From Nemertoderma westbladi (Eukaryota > Animalia > Xenacoelomorpha), in the NCBI GenBank assembly GCA_032718475.1, contig JAUCBJ010000408.1, positions 1 through 55,285 of the forward strand: a stretch of DNA of 55,285 nucleotides, written 5' to 3'. Of this stretch, positions 43,332-55,285 are shown piece after piece. Under the pieces are notes generated by a model, which did no database searches, was not told the DNA's origin, and saw only the letters and a list, made by a program, of their open reading frames with translations. Within the stretch, counting starts at the first letter, position 1, and every line of letters begins with the position of its first letter. The translations under genes were made by a program, and so were the position numbers.

Positions 43332-45308
43332 ATGCCTTCAGTACTCAGTGTTAGTATCACCGGAAGGCAAAAAGCCGCGTTAGCTCTCTCTGCGAGTGCC
43401 GCCGCTATAGTTTTACTTCGGAAGAAGAAAACTCAATCAAAGACGGTGAGACTAACATTGGCGATCAGCAACAAGAAAAAGGAAATTAAAGGCAAGGAAG
43501 TGGCTGTCAACATTAATTTTCTTTGCGGGTTGTGGAAACTTCTAAAGATTCTTATTCCTTCTCCATTTTCTCGAGAAGTTTATTACATGCTACTGGTTGG
43601 GTTTATGCTGGCTGCTAGAACCTATTGCGATGTCTGGATGATACAAAACATGACTTCCATAGAAGCCTCTATAATCGGTAGAAACATGAACGCATTCCTG
43701 GGTCATCTCTCTCAGATAGTTATTAATATGCTGCCGATCTCCGTAGTGAATAACCTATTGAAATACGGACTATGTAAGCTCAAATTATCCTTTCGGTCGC
43801 GTCTCACGTCTCACTTATATTCGCGGTACATTCACGACTTCACCTACTACAAGATGGACAACCTGGACTCCCGTCTAACAAATGCGGACCAGTTACTAAC
43901 TCAGGACGTCGATTTGTTCTGTAGCAACCTTAGCAATCTCTATTCGAACCTAAGTAAACCTATTATAGACGTGGGTTTGTACGCGTTAAGATTGACTGGC
44001 TCGGTTGGGGCGGCAGCCCCTACGGCTATGCTTCTATACCTTTTAGGTTGTTCCCTCGTTTTGACAACTTTGCGGCGCCCCGCGGCCGGTATGACTGCCC
44101 GCGAGCAGCACCTAGAAGGCCACTACCGATTCACAAACTCCCGTCTTATTGCGAACGCCGAAGAAGTCGCATTTTACAGAGGGAGCGAACGCGAAAACCT
44201 CAACATAAGTTCAGCGTTCAACGCACTCGCTAACCACATACACGATTCCATAGCATTCCGCTTTAAGATGGGCGTGTTAGACAACGTGATAGCTAAATAC
44301 CTAGCCACTATGGTCGGGTTCTGGATGGTGAGTCGCCCCTTTATGGATCCCACGCACCCGACGTACGGGCGCGCAGGGCATTCCAAACGCCTCGAGGCCT
44401 ACTACAACTCGGGTAGGATGATGGTGAACATGGCCCAAGCGATGGGGCGTGTCGCGTTAGCTGGGCGGGAACTCGCCCAACTAGCGGGGTTCACCTCACG
44501 CATACAGTCGTTACTAACCGTCCTAGAGGACGTGAATAAAGGAGTTTACAAGAGGACTTTAGTGTCTGCGGAAGCTGATGGCGCTAAGAATAAGTTGAAA
44601 GGGAGTTTTATGAGCGGCGGAGTTGTTATAGAACGTGATAATGTTATTAAGTTCGATGATGTTCCTGTTGTAACTCCAAATGGCGATGTTTTGATTGAGT
44701 CGTTGACTATGGAGGTTGTTTCCGGTTTTAATGTTCTCGTCTGCGGGCCGAACGGTTGCGGGAAATCTTCCATGTTTCGCATCCTCGGGGGTTTGTGGCC
44801 GCTTCTAGGCGGCGAATTGACTAAACCGCGGGGCTCCCAGCTGTTCTACGTGCCGCAGCGGCCGTACATGACGTTGGGGACGCTACGGGATCAGCTGGTG
44901 TACCCGGACACCGCGGAGATGGTCGTGGATAAAGGTTTGGGGGACGCGGATCTGGACGAGCTGCTGGAGGCCGTTCAGTTGAGTTACATAGTGGAGCGGG
45001 AGGGCGGTTGGGATGCGGTCGCTGATTGGTTGGATGTCCTCTCCGGCGGCGAGAAACAACGACTCGCTATGGCTCGGATCTTCTACCACCGGCCGCAGTT
45101 CGCCATCCTAGACGAATGCACCAGCGCCGTTAGTGTAGACGTCGAAGGCTTTATTTACTCGCATTGCAAGGAACTCGGAATCACTTTATTTACCGTTAGT
45201 CACAGAAAGAGTCTGTGGAAGTACCACGAATTCTACTTGCACATGGATGGGCGGGGCGGCTACCAGTTTAAACCTATCACTGAGTGCACTAATGAATTCG
45301 GTTCCTAG
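43332..45308 (+). CDS. ABCD3: Peroxisomal ABC half-transporter ABCD3 (PMP70)-like, intronless CDS
   Basis: 658 aa. NADQLLTQDV, EAA motif NAEEVAFYRG, Walker A GPNGCGKS, FYVPQRPYM, LSGGEKQR, ILDECTSAVS, LFTVSHRKSLWKYH. Confidence 0.93.
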   Translation: MPSVLSVSITGRQKAALALSASAAAIVLLRKKKTQSKTVRLTLAISNKKKEIKGKEVAVNINFLCGLWKLLKILIPSPFSREVYYMLLVGFMLAARTYCDVWMIQNMTSIEASIIGRNMNAFLGHLSQIVINMLPISVVNNLLKYGLCKLKLSFRSRLTSHLYSRYIHDFTYYKMDNLDSRLTNADQLLTQDVDLFCSNLSNLYSNLSKPIIDVGLYALRLTGSVGAAAPTAMLLYLLGCSLVLTTLRRPAAGMTAREQHLEGHYRFTNSRLIANAEEVAFYRGSERENLNISSAFNALANHIHDSIAFRFKMGVLDNVIAKYLATMVGFWMVSRPFMDPTHPTYGRAGHSKRLEAYYNSGRMMVNMAQAMGRVALAGRELAQLAGFTSRIQSLLTVLEDVNKGVYKRTLVSAEADGAKNKLKGSFMSGGVVIERDNVIKFDDVPVVTPNGDVLIESLTMEVVSGFNVLVCGPNGCGKSSMFRILGGLWPLLGGELTKPRGSQLFYVPQRPYMTLGTLRDQLVYPDTAEMVVDKGLGDADLDELLEAVQLSYIVEREGGWDAVADWLDVLSGGEKQRLAMARIFYHRPQFAILDECTSAVSVDVEGFIYSHCKELGITLFTVSHRKSLWKYHEFYLHMDGRGGYQFKPITECTNEFGS

Positions 45309-46315
45309 TTTTAGTCTCCTAGTCTAATATTAGTAGGTGCTCAAGTTTTAATTAATTATTCAATTTAATTTAATAAATAATTTAAATTATTATAATTCTA
45401 CACTATGCTGATATATTGTGTGGGAATGTTTAACCGCCACTGTCAGTTGATTTAATTTAAATTTTAGCTGATTTAAAAACTAATTAAAAAAATATTAGAG
45501 TTTATTAGTTAGAACCTCTTTGCTCTCGCTGCAGATAGGGGGGAGGGGGGGGGGGGGGTGGGCTTCGACCGCAAGTAACAGCTAACGACTTTAGTTAATT
45601 TATTTTGGCTAGACTTAGAATAAGACTAGAATAGACTATTAGACTTATAATTTTTTTTCTTAAACCCACGTAATCAATTCTAAAGCAAATTTGGCTAAAA
45701 CTACCTTTTGAATAAAGCTATCGTTTGCATGTCGTTAATCCTGCTCTAGTATTAATAACATTTTATTTTAATAAACTTATTAAGGAAAGTTATTTTCACG
45801 TTATTTTTCTTCAAACTTATTTTTAAATAAAACATTTTTTCACTCCATTAGAAAAGCCGTTAAACAATCAATTACATTATTCTCACGGTATTTTGTTATT
45901 GTAACAATTTAATTTTGTTATTTTGTGGTAATATAATATCATAATATCGTGAAAATAATAAAATACATTTAAATAAAATCAAGGTACTGCATGTAAAATA
46001 AAGGTCCGACTAGATAAACTGATTTTTATGTCGCTGTTTCATTTATTTTCGTTTACACATTCTATATTATTATTTATTTAATTAATGATTACTCTTACAA
46101 TATAATAATAATTGCACTTAGCACCTTTAGTATTCTTAGTTTTAGAATTTATTAGAATAGTTATTTATTAGCGGACTATGCGTTTTGGTTATAACTTATC
46201 ACCTTTAAGCACCTGGTGACGTATTATCAGTGCATTTTAAAGTTCATTCAATATTTCCTTTCTATCACTCAAATGTAAATATAAATATAGGATACTGATT
46301 AATAATTGTTTCTCG

Positions 46316-46697
46316 AACGGAGTGGAACGGAGGTCCGAATGGGACGGAAGTCCGAGTGGGACGGAGGTCCGAGTGGGACGGAGGTCCGAGTGGGGCGGAG
46401 GTCCGATTGGGACGGAGGTCCGAGTGGGACGGAGGTCCGAGTGGGACGGAGGTCAGAGTGGGACGGAGGTCCGAGTGGGACGGAGGTCCGAGTGGGGCGG
46501 AGGTCCGATTGGGACGGAGGTCCGAGTGGGACGGAGGTCCGACTGGGACGGAGGTCCGAGTGGGACGGAGGTCCGACTGGGACGGAGGTCCGAGTGGGAC
46601 GGAGGTCCGATTGGGACGGAGGTCCGAGTGGGACGGAGGTCAGAGTGGGACGGAGGTCCGAATGGGAAATGGGACGAAGGTCCGACTGGGACGAAGG
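46316..46697. repeat. 17-bp minisatellite, ~22 copies
   Basis: Unit gtgggacggaggtccga with few variants; degenerate at both edges. Confidence 0.95.
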
Positions 46698-47997
46698 ATC
46701 GAAAGTTGCCTTCAGGTGCGCTTCTGTCAAAAACGAAACCTCAACCTGTTTTATTGACTCTCGTTTGTTGTTTTGGTTAGAATAACGTGCCACTGTAAAC
46801 GCCTCCTTACCGTATATTGGTAAATTAACATCGAGACGAAATATTAATTTGCCGATATGAGATTTGCGCCGCACCCTTGAGGTAGACCGTGGAAGTAGGG
46901 CCTTCGTGTAACACGTGATATAAACTTATGTTAAGTGTCAACTGGAAAGAATTATATATAAGCAAAATCTAAAGAGATGTCCCCTAATTACTTAAATCCC
47001 CCAATTTTGTCCCCTAATTCCCCTACTTACTGGGTAACTGCAGTCGATTTAAGAATTAAAAACTCAGTCTGAGGTTTAGAATATATGTGCCAGGTATCAA
47101 TCAGGAAGAAAGAATTTAAACAATAATACGAAATGGCTGAACATTTTCATTTCATATATTTCGCCCTCTAGCGGTAGATTGGAGAATATGCATTATGCAC
47201 ATATCTGAAACCATAATAATACTATAATATACTCTTCTAGACGTATCATATGTAACGGAATGGGTCAATAATGTTTCCCTCTAGCGGGAGACAGTTAAAC
47301 TGATGTGTATGAAAGTCTCTAAATATCGCCCATGTGAAGAATACCAGGATTTCACTTTTCGGTCAACTTTTTATGTAATTTTATATATGAAGATTTTTTT
47401 ATTTTTTTAAATTTATCTTTATAACGTGTTTTATAACGCTTATTTCTGTCTTATAACCTATACATATACTAATTCGTTTATTGTATTGGTTAGATTCAGC
47501 CATTCTGTAACTTGTGTTTTTGGTGAAAACCTGGTATTCTTCATATGGGGTAACTGCAAAGTGAAATATAACAACAGAAAGTCTGGTATCCTTCACATGG
47601 GTCCTAAATATCTCAACTTTTGGTCTTATAAAAGACCTAAAGCCCGAAAACTCGACAGTTTTAAATTTCATCTCGACATCTTTGAATTCGACAAAGTTAT
47701 TACAGTAGGCCCTATTAGGTAAAGCTCCACCAACTTTGTGACTCGCCCCACTCTTTACCTATATCGTACTGCGCTGTCTTCTGGTCGTTAGCCAGTCACC
47801 AGTTGCTGTTGCAGTGCAGTTACTATCTTCTTACAGTCTTACCCAGTTACCACTTACTGCAGTACTGGTATACTATACATACTACAGTAGGCCTACTATT
47901 TCAGTATTATTGTAGTCTTTACGGTAGGCCTACCGGCTAACCGGTATTGCATATTGATATATCATACAAACTTCTGTACTTCGACTTAAATTTAGCA

Positions 47998-48432
47998 ATG
48001 ACAGATAAGAAAGAAAACCAACCGACCCAGATTGACAGGGAAAAAGTTTGTCCGATGTTATTGCGAGTTTTCTACCAATACAACCGGCACCATCGAATCG
48101 ACGAATTCATCCGAGGTAAAACCCCCCCGAACGAACTCAAGATCTACACGTGGATGGACGCGACCTTGAAGGAACTCTCCAGCCTCATAAAGGAGGTGAA
48201 CCCCGACGCTCGTAAACGCGGCACTTACTTCGATTTCGCGATTGTCTCCCCGTTGCCACAGCGACCGATCTACCGTATGAAGGACATCGGCACGACCTGC
48301 GCGGGTGTCCGCGGTGCCGACGACAACGTGACCCTCGGTTCCCAGGAGTTTGTTATCGGCGATTGCATCGACGTATCCATACAGATCCCCGCTAACTCCA
48401 TATCGATGCGGCAACGGCCCAGAAACTGGTAG
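47998..48432 (+). CDS. SAP18: Histone deacetylase complex / ASAP subunit SAP18, intronless CDS
   Basis: IDREKVCPMLLRVF, ELKIYTWMDATLKELSSL, KEVNPDARKRGTYFDFAIV, DDNVTL..FVIGD. ATG at 47998 is preceded by tttag-ca. Confidence 0.95.
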   Translation: MTDKKENQPTQIDREKVCPMLLRVFYQYNRHHRIDEFIRGKTPPNELKIYTWMDATLKELSSLIKEVNPDARKRGTYFDFAIVSPLPQRPIYRMKDIGTTCAGVRGADDNVTLGSQEFVIGDCIDVSIQIPANSISMRQRPRNW

Positions 48433-48816
48433 GACTTCCGCTCGATTTAAATATCCAACGTGCAAATAGCGAACAACCAGAAACTATAAGTTGCCATTCA
48501 GGACTAGTTTTATTATCATTTAATTAATATAATTGTTAAATCTTAGTCATACCGGTACTAAGATACAATTTCCTCACTTAGGTAAAACTGGTATTCCTTC
48601 TGGAATAGGCAGCCTATTACATATTTTTTAATATAAATTCAGAATCTTTAATTTAATCTTTAAAAAAAATATACCGTGTCGCCACCGTGTACTGGTATTG
48701 GAAGTATTGTTTGTAAACTTCTGTGAGTGTGTGATTCTGTATAACTCTATATTATATTTTACATTTACCGTTTTCTCACAATATAATACGCCTCTGATAT
48801 TGTTAACTCTCACCCA

Positions 48817-49578
48817 ATGGAGGCTCTAATGGCTTACGGTGGAGATAGTGACTCGGATACAGAGTCTGAGTCGGTGGATATTACTCATAAAATTCTCCCC
48901 TTGTCGTTACCTAACAAAGTAACTACGTCACAATGTGTTGCTAAGCAACCCGTAGACGACGCGGCCTCCCACGACGGTAGAAGACGCAGGTTCCCTCACG
49001 TTACCGGTAACTGGGCCTCCTATGTAAGTCTTCCATTGGAATTCGATGAGACTTCAAAGGAACTCATTAAATCAGTAAAATCGATTTTATCCGAGTTTGT
49101 TGATAATTTGTTTGCGTTCGAAGAATTCCATGTCAGTTTATCGAAGACTGTGACGTTACGTTACCATTGGATTCAGCCAATAGCGTCGCAGTTGCAATCA
49201 ATTGTCTCGGACAGTCCGACATTTTATTTATCTTTTAGCGATTTACTTTCGGTTTATACCAACGAGGACTGCAGTCGCACCTTCTTTAGTTTGAACGTAG
49301 AAGACGGTTTTAATGTGGCGGAATCTTTGGTCAGTAGAATCAACCTAATATTAAAGGAATACAATTTGTCCGAGTTCCATAGAATTCCTTCGTTCCATGC
49401 CAGTTTATTTTGGTGTAACGGCGATCTGAGTTGTTTGAGGGACAAACTTCAAAAGCATTTGGAATTGAATAGGTTATTGAAAGTTCTAGTTGATTCCGAT
49501 TCGTGTATGTTTCGTGTATCTAAGGTTTTATTAACGGCCGGCCATTTATCTTTCAACTATGAATTAGGAACAGGCTAA
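48817..49578 (+). CDS. USB1: U6 snRNA phosphodiesterase USB1 (2H phosphoesterase), intronless CDS
   Basis: ALMAYGGDSDSD start, HDGRRRRFPHVTGNWASYV, two HxS motifs (FHVSLSKT, FHASLFW), TNEDCSRTF. Confidence 0.92.
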   Translation: MEALMAYGGDSDSDTESESVDITHKILPLSLPNKVTTSQCVAKQPVDDAASHDGRRRRFPHVTGNWASYVSLPLEFDETSKELIKSVKSILSEFVDNLFAFEEFHVSLSKTVTLRYHWIQPIASQLQSIVSDSPTFYLSFSDLLSVYTNEDCSRTFFSLNVEDGFNVAESLVSRINLILKEYNLSEFHRIPSFHASLFWCNGDLSCLRDKLQKHLELNRLLKVLVDSDSCMFRVSKVLLTAGHLSFNYELGTG

Positions 49579-50079
49579 GACGGTCAATTATGTGTTATAT
49601 TTTTTCAATTTTATTTCCATATATTTTACTATTGGTACACTAACTTCTGGATACTGAGTGGATAGAAAAATTATTCAGCGTGTTATTTTTATTTCCAAAA
49701 TGAATAGTTAATTAACCTGTTACAATAAATGTTTGAACTTTTTGTCCTTGTTGTTAAAGAAATTGTTAAATATATACCCGAATAAAGGAACCAATGGGGA
49801 GGGGGGGGGGGGGGTCTGTTTTCAATTTTGTAACAATGAATCCAAAGTATTGGGAATATATCAGTGAGATTGTTAGTTTTCTTTACATCTTTCTTTAATA
49901 ATAATAATAACAAATACTCCAAACAACGTATATACTGTAGGTATGTCATTGCCCAACATAACATATTGGTATCTATGTTTTTTATTTAATTAGGCAGAGC
50001 GTTTCAATTTTAATATCGTTTGAAAACAAAGAATAAAAAAAGCAGCACCATGAGTTGTGAAATTCCTAGGCTTCCAATT

Positions 50080-50210
50080 AAGAATCCCTGGTTCGATCCC
50101 TCTATGGGGCAGCACTGTTTGGGCACCGTGCTTTAAATGCTCCCGCTTAGCCCAACCCTGGTTTTCATCCTTCAGAGGTCGTTAAATGGAAACCAAGGCT
50201 CAAGGCAACT
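50080..50210 (+). mobile_element. Possible tRNA-derived SINE remnant
   Basis: B-box-like ggttcgatccc followed by a ttcatccttcagaggtcgttaaatgg motif reminiscent of conserved SINE central domains; no clear A box. Confidence 0.35.
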
Positions 50211-51017
50211 TGGGAAACAAAATGAAGGGTTTACTGTGGAAGGTCACCCATGGTGGTGAACAGGTAGGTATTCCTTGGCTTAACGAGCCTAAAAGATTTT
50301 TCAATTCCAAAAACAAAGTATCAGTTTCGAAGGATTTACATACACGTACGGGTTATCCATGCTCCCCAGGAATTATGCACCATTGAGGCCGCAACTTCGG
50401 TCGCTATAATGAGTAACCGATTGCCATTTATTTGTTAACAGATAACCACCTAGTCACATTTTCCAAAGCGAAACATTATTCTGTATCGCCTTGTCTTTGC
50501 CTGATAAATTAACGCGTTTCTGAATTAAATGACCCATAGCGCATTGAATAACGTGCTGTAATTTTTATCCAAATGTTGAGGTTTTTCCCGATGATGATAT
50601 TTTTATACATAGCCGAACACTAACTACTGTAACAGTCCCCGATATACTGTATTAATCAAGATTTAGGAATTCTATGATTTGTAAACTGTTACAGAGGGAA
50701 ATTTGAATATTGGTAATTTACTACCGTACCTGACTTGTGATAACTGCGCTATAGACCTGTGTGTCTGTATGTCAGTGTGTGGTTCTTTTCTCTACAAGTT
50801 TTGTAATAATTTCATGAAATCCAAACGCGGACATGTTTGGTCTTCGATCTTATTTAATCAGACTGCAGATAAAGATTTGATTTGATTTTGTATTTTGAAA
50901 ACGCAACGTAACCGTAGCTCAATTCTCCATAGTCTAATGCAGGACATAACTCGATCAATTATCCTTTAATTTAAAGTTGTTTGTAATAACTTTATGATTC
51001 AGTTATATAAGTCGATC

Positions 51018-51935
51018 ATGTCTAAAGTACAATTTATTGACATCGGTGTTAATCTGACAGACCCGGTGTTTAGGGGCGTTTATCACGGCATACGGAGACA
51101 CCCAGACGATATGAAAGCCGTACTGGAGCGAGCCGAGAACATAGGAGTCGAGAAAATGATAATAACCGGAGGAAGTTTAGCGGAGAGCGAAAGGGCTTTG
51201 GAGTTAGCGAGAACCGATAGCAAACTGTACTGCACGGTTGGCTGTCACCCAACGCGATGCGACGCCTTCTCCAAGTCAGGGAATCCTACTGCGTACCTCG
51301 AAAACCTGAATAAACTCATAGACGACAACCGAGATAAGGTGGTTGCAGTCGGAGAATGCGGTCTCGATTACGACAGACTCCACTTCTGCACGCGTGAAAC
51401 ACAACTCGAGTATTTCGAGAAACAATTCGTCTTGGCTCGATCGACGCGTCTTCCTTTGTTCCTCCACTCTCGAAGTTGCCACGGTGATTTCGTATCTATT
51501 TTACGTCGGAATATGGACAGTTGCGTCGGGGGCGGGGTGGTCCATTCGTTCACTGGTACTCCTGAGGAAGCCGCCCAGTACATAGACCTAGGTTTCTACG
51601 TCGGTATCAACGGGTGTTCTTTAAAGACCGAGGCGAATCTTGAGGCTATGAAGTCAGTCCCGTTGGATCGGCTGCTATTGGAGACTGATTGTCCCTGGTG
51701 TGAAGTTAAGACTAGCCACTCCGGTTCGCATTGGGTTCGGACACGATGGCCCTCCAGAAAGAAGGAGAAGTGGCAGCAAGGCGAGTGTATAAAGGGTCGC
51801 GTTGAGCCCTGCCACATTGTACAGGTGTTAGAGGTACTCGCAGGGGCCAGAACTGAAACCATTGACGATATCGCCGCCGCTGCCTATACTAACGCACAGA
51901 AATTGTTCTTTACGTCCAATGAGCAAGTCCAATAG
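51018..51935 (+). CDS. TATDN1: TatD DNase TATDN1-like, intronless CDS
   Basis: MSKVQFIDIGVNLTD, TVGCHPTRC, GECGLDYDRLHFC, LFLHSR, VVHSFTG, GINGCSLKT, ETDCPWC, KGRVEP. The second ATG (51018) matches the expected N-terminus. Confidence 0.94.
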   Translation: MSKVQFIDIGVNLTDPVFRGVYHGIRRHPDDMKAVLERAENIGVEKMIITGGSLAESERALELARTDSKLYCTVGCHPTRCDAFSKSGNPTAYLENLNKLIDDNRDKVVAVGECGLDYDRLHFCTRETQLEYFEKQFVLARSTRLPLFLHSRSCHGDFVSILRRNMDSCVGGGVVHSFTGTPEEAAQYIDLGFYVGINGCSLKTEANLEAMKSVPLDRLLLETDCPWCEVKTSHSGSHWVRTRWPSRKKEKWQQGECIKGRVEPCHIVQVLEVLAGARTETIDDIAAAAYTNAQKLFFTSNEQVQ

Positions 51936-52027
51936 TTTAAACTGTTCCTTACATGATGTCATGATGACACACTGAGTAGACCATGTCCTGGAATATGTCC
52001 TGTTTCACCTCCCTCCTCCTTGCTGGG

Positions 52028-54255
52028 TGAGCCAGAATTTGTATTTTTGCTTTCATTCTTTAGCTACAAGCGTTTGATAAAAGTTTCTCCGGCAAAATTG
52101 CACCAGTTACACCGCAGTTATTCTTCAACCTTATAGTGATTTGTTGGTACTAGTGGAAAGCTGGTTGTGCAAGGATTCTAAATTATTATGTAACATAATC
52201 TAGATTTCGTCTTAAAATAGCTGAGATATTAGCGTTTAAAACGCATGGTTTTGCATATGAGCGAGGCTTATTTTATTATATTTAACAAATACACCATATT
52301 CTGGAACATTTTGTTAATGCATAAGTAGCTATGCAATAGTATAATCAAGGTGTACTAAATAACAGGTCATGCAGCGAGCGGATTGCTGAAATTAGCGGAG
52401 GCCAATCGTTTCCCTATTTATGGCACTATTTTCATAATATTTCCTTAGAAACTTATTTTATGCTACTTTTGTTAGGTGGATATGATGACTAGGGTTCATA
52501 GAAATGTAATAAAATGTCTTTCTGGAATTTTATCTTGTAGTTGCCAAGGTAACCGGGTGCAAAGTTCAAATTTCGAGCGCCTGTAATTCAAGACGACAAT
52601 GGATTCTGTTCTTGAGATTTGATATGAGTAAAGGGAATAAAAGTCTTTCAAAATATTTTACATTTAATTTTTTTTACAATCCCGTTTCCATGGTGGCGTG
52701 AATTACGATAATTTCCCATTATGACCGCCAGATAGAAATTGGGCTACTATTTACTACTTATATAATTACAATTACACACATACAATACAATTACAATTAT
52801 AACTACTTATATTAATTTTCTACTTACCATGCTATTACAGGTATTGCTCTCTGATTGGACAGTTTAGTTTATTGGCAAATATTGACTTTTAGAAATATGA
52901 TTCACAATTAACGAATTATAAAATAAAATGTTGGCAATTTTAACTTATTATTTAGACTGACAAACCGAATACAAATGGTGTTTTGTAGAATTAGTAAACA
53001 ATTGTTCAAATTTTTCATTATACTTATTTCCATGGTAACGGGAATGTAAACAAATTCAAATGTAAAATATTTTCATAGACTTATATTTCCTTTATCCACC
53101 TTCCAAATCACAAGGGAAGAATCCATTCTCGCCTTGAAATACAGGCGCTCAAAGTTTGAACTTTGCACCCGGTTACCTTGGCAACTACAAGATAAAAATT
53201 CCATAGACATTTTATTACATTTCTATGAACCCTAGTCATCATATCCACCTAACAAAAGTAGCATAAAATAAGTTTCTAAGGAAATATTATGAAAATAGTG
53301 TCATAAATAGGGGAAAGATGGCCCCACGCTAATTTCAGCAATCAGCTCGCTGCATGACCTGTTATTTAGTACACATTGAGTATAATTAAAGAGGTATTGC
53401 ATTGTTGCCAAGCTACGTATGGGATAAACAATATATCCCAGAATATGTTGTATTTATTTACACCATAACCCTTAATACAACAACCTTTTTTAGGGGGTCG
53501 GAGCCCCCCCCCCCCCCCCCCTCCCCCTAATTTTTTCAAATTTAAATAAAATGCTACGAAATTTGGTATGATGATAGATCGACACCTTTTCAATAATAAT
53601 TAATAATTCTTAATTAATATAAATAATTAATTAATAATAATAATCAATAATTAATATTCTAGAATAAAGACAAAAAAAACATCAGAATTATAGCGATTTA
53701 CCTCAAAATATGCACCTTAGTATTTTGATAATATCTTTACCACTTCTTGGTTAAATTTAAAACGGTTTTCTGATTCGGAATCTGCAGATGAAGGCGGTTC
53801 TAATGATATCCAGATTACATTCCAAAGACGAATAATAATGTCTACAGAGGTGGTTAAACATTGCTTAAATATACATTTTTTAAGGGATTGTTGTATGGAA
53901 ATAACTGAGAAATTGGAAAATCCGGCCAGGCCAGCAGTAAGAAAAGGTGTCGATCTATCATCATACCGAATTTCGTAGCATTTTATTGAAATTTGAAAAG
54001 AATTAGGGGGGGGGGGGGGGGCTCCGACCCCCTAAAAATGGTTGTTGTATTAAGGGTTATGGTGTATAGGTACTAGTATTATCATGTAGGCATCGCTTTG
54101 TTGCCAAGCTGCAATATTTTTACATTTTTGGAATCCTTGCCCGGTCAGCTTTCCACTAGTACCAACTGCAGTACGACTGGTGAAATATCGCTGGAGACAC
54201 CTTTTTTAAGCGCTTGTAGCGAAAGATTGAAAGCAAAAATAAAAATTCTGGCTCA
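52028..54255. mobile_element. Foldback-type element with ~580-bp inverted arms (52028-52610 vs 53117-54255, right arm interrupted)
   Basis: 52338-52610 is the reverse complement of 53117-53384 at high identity. tgagccagaatt...ggtactagtggaaagctg is mirrored at 54128-54255. Confidence 0.82.
53461..54064. mobile_element. MITE with ~130-bp TIRs, flanked by TA, nested in the foldback element
   Basis: caccataacccttaatacaacaacc...gatagatcgacacctttt is mirrored by aaaaggtgtcgatctatc...ggttgttgtattaagggttatggtg; TA on both sides. Confidence 0.88.
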
Positions 54256-55285
54256 AAAATTATTCTCTGTTTCAAATTTCATGCAATTTCAAGACTTTGT
54301 AACAATTTTTATTTTGGGGGGGGGGGGGGGGGGGCGTACCTGAATTACGACACTATATTCCGGGACATGGTATATATGGAGTGGGGAGGGGGGGGGGGGG
54401 TCTGATATATCGTGACACAATCAATTTATGGTGAACTCTGTTATGTAACTATTATGTTATTATATATTATTATATTATATATATATATTATATATTATAT
54501 ATATATATTAACATAGAAATTGTTGACGTGGTGCCACCCACGTATATGTTAGTTTCGGAACGGTGTTTCAATCATTTCTACTAGGTCCTAATGCTTTAAA
54601 TTTGTTATACGTCTTAATAAAGTAAAAATAAAGTTTACTTAAAAAATATTTTTTCATCTTACACAGTCAATCAAATTTTATAAAATTCCGTATTATTGAT
54701 ATATATATACATTTTACATTCGAGTTTTCCATAGACTTAATGATAGAGTTGTGGCCCTAGGGCAACATGTACAATTAAATATAGAAGTTGACAAGATGCC
54801 ACTTTTGCACACGAAAAATTTAAACTGATTTTTTGAAAAAACTGTAAAGTGGAACGTTGTTTAGAATCTTCATTCAAAAACAAACTGCAATTTATTTTTA
54901 TTACTTCTATTTTTAAAGACATATATACATTCATATATAGATGTTTTTGGGTTGCAAAGGTAATACTAAGTACATAGTATGTTACCCGATAAAGTAGCTA
55001 AAGTTATGAACAAATTCAAAATTTGGAAGTTCTATGTTTTAAATTTTATAAACAATTTTTAAGATTGGATTTTAGCCTCTATCGGTTCGGTAAAGGTAAA
55101 ATCGATAACTTACGAGTATTTTTATTTATTCTAGTCGAATAATCGAGTCAAGAAATGCGATTTTTTAAAAATACACGAAAATGGCCCAGAACCATCTTTT
55201 ACATATCTAGATACATACTGAAAACAAATTGTTGAATTTATTCAAGCATGCATGGATCAAAGACACCAAACATAATAAAAATAGA

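Noticed and set aside
43332-45308. ABCD3 as part of a PKS biosynthetic gene cluster
   Set aside because: It is a conserved housekeeping transporter 28 kb away among unrelated housekeeping genes; there is no evidence beyond proximity.
46299-46874. Overlapping 133-191 aa ORFs on both strands
   Set aside because: Artefacts of the stop-free 17-bp minisatellite.

Overview
AT-rich invertebrate (metazoan) genomic DNA with spliceosomal introns; it is not prokaryotic. (1) 339-14933 (+): a 5'-incomplete gene of at least 10 exons and ~3100 codons in the window. I could splice it by hand with consistent GT-AG phases into KS-AT-DH-psiKR-inactive ER-KR-ACP-C-degenerate A-PH domain-basic tail, i.e. a PKS-NRPS-like megasynthase ending in a PLC-type PH domain instead of T/TE. 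(2) An interrupted LINE with a 14-bp TSD, a divergent intronless class A GPCR and RTE LINE fragments. (3) A decayed DIRS/Ngaro-like tyrosine-recombinase retroelement, split by a young 14.2-kb BEL/Pao LTR element (538-bp LTRs, GATAA TSD). The BEL element carries a 3' DEDDy-exonuclease/zinc-knuckle cassette, has no tRNA-type PBS and shows a possible self-priming signal. (4) Four co-oriented genes with intronless coding regions (ABCD3, SAP18, USB1, TATDN1), a 17-bp minisatellite, MITEs and a foldback element. All domain calls come from motif recognition by eye; no database searches were run.
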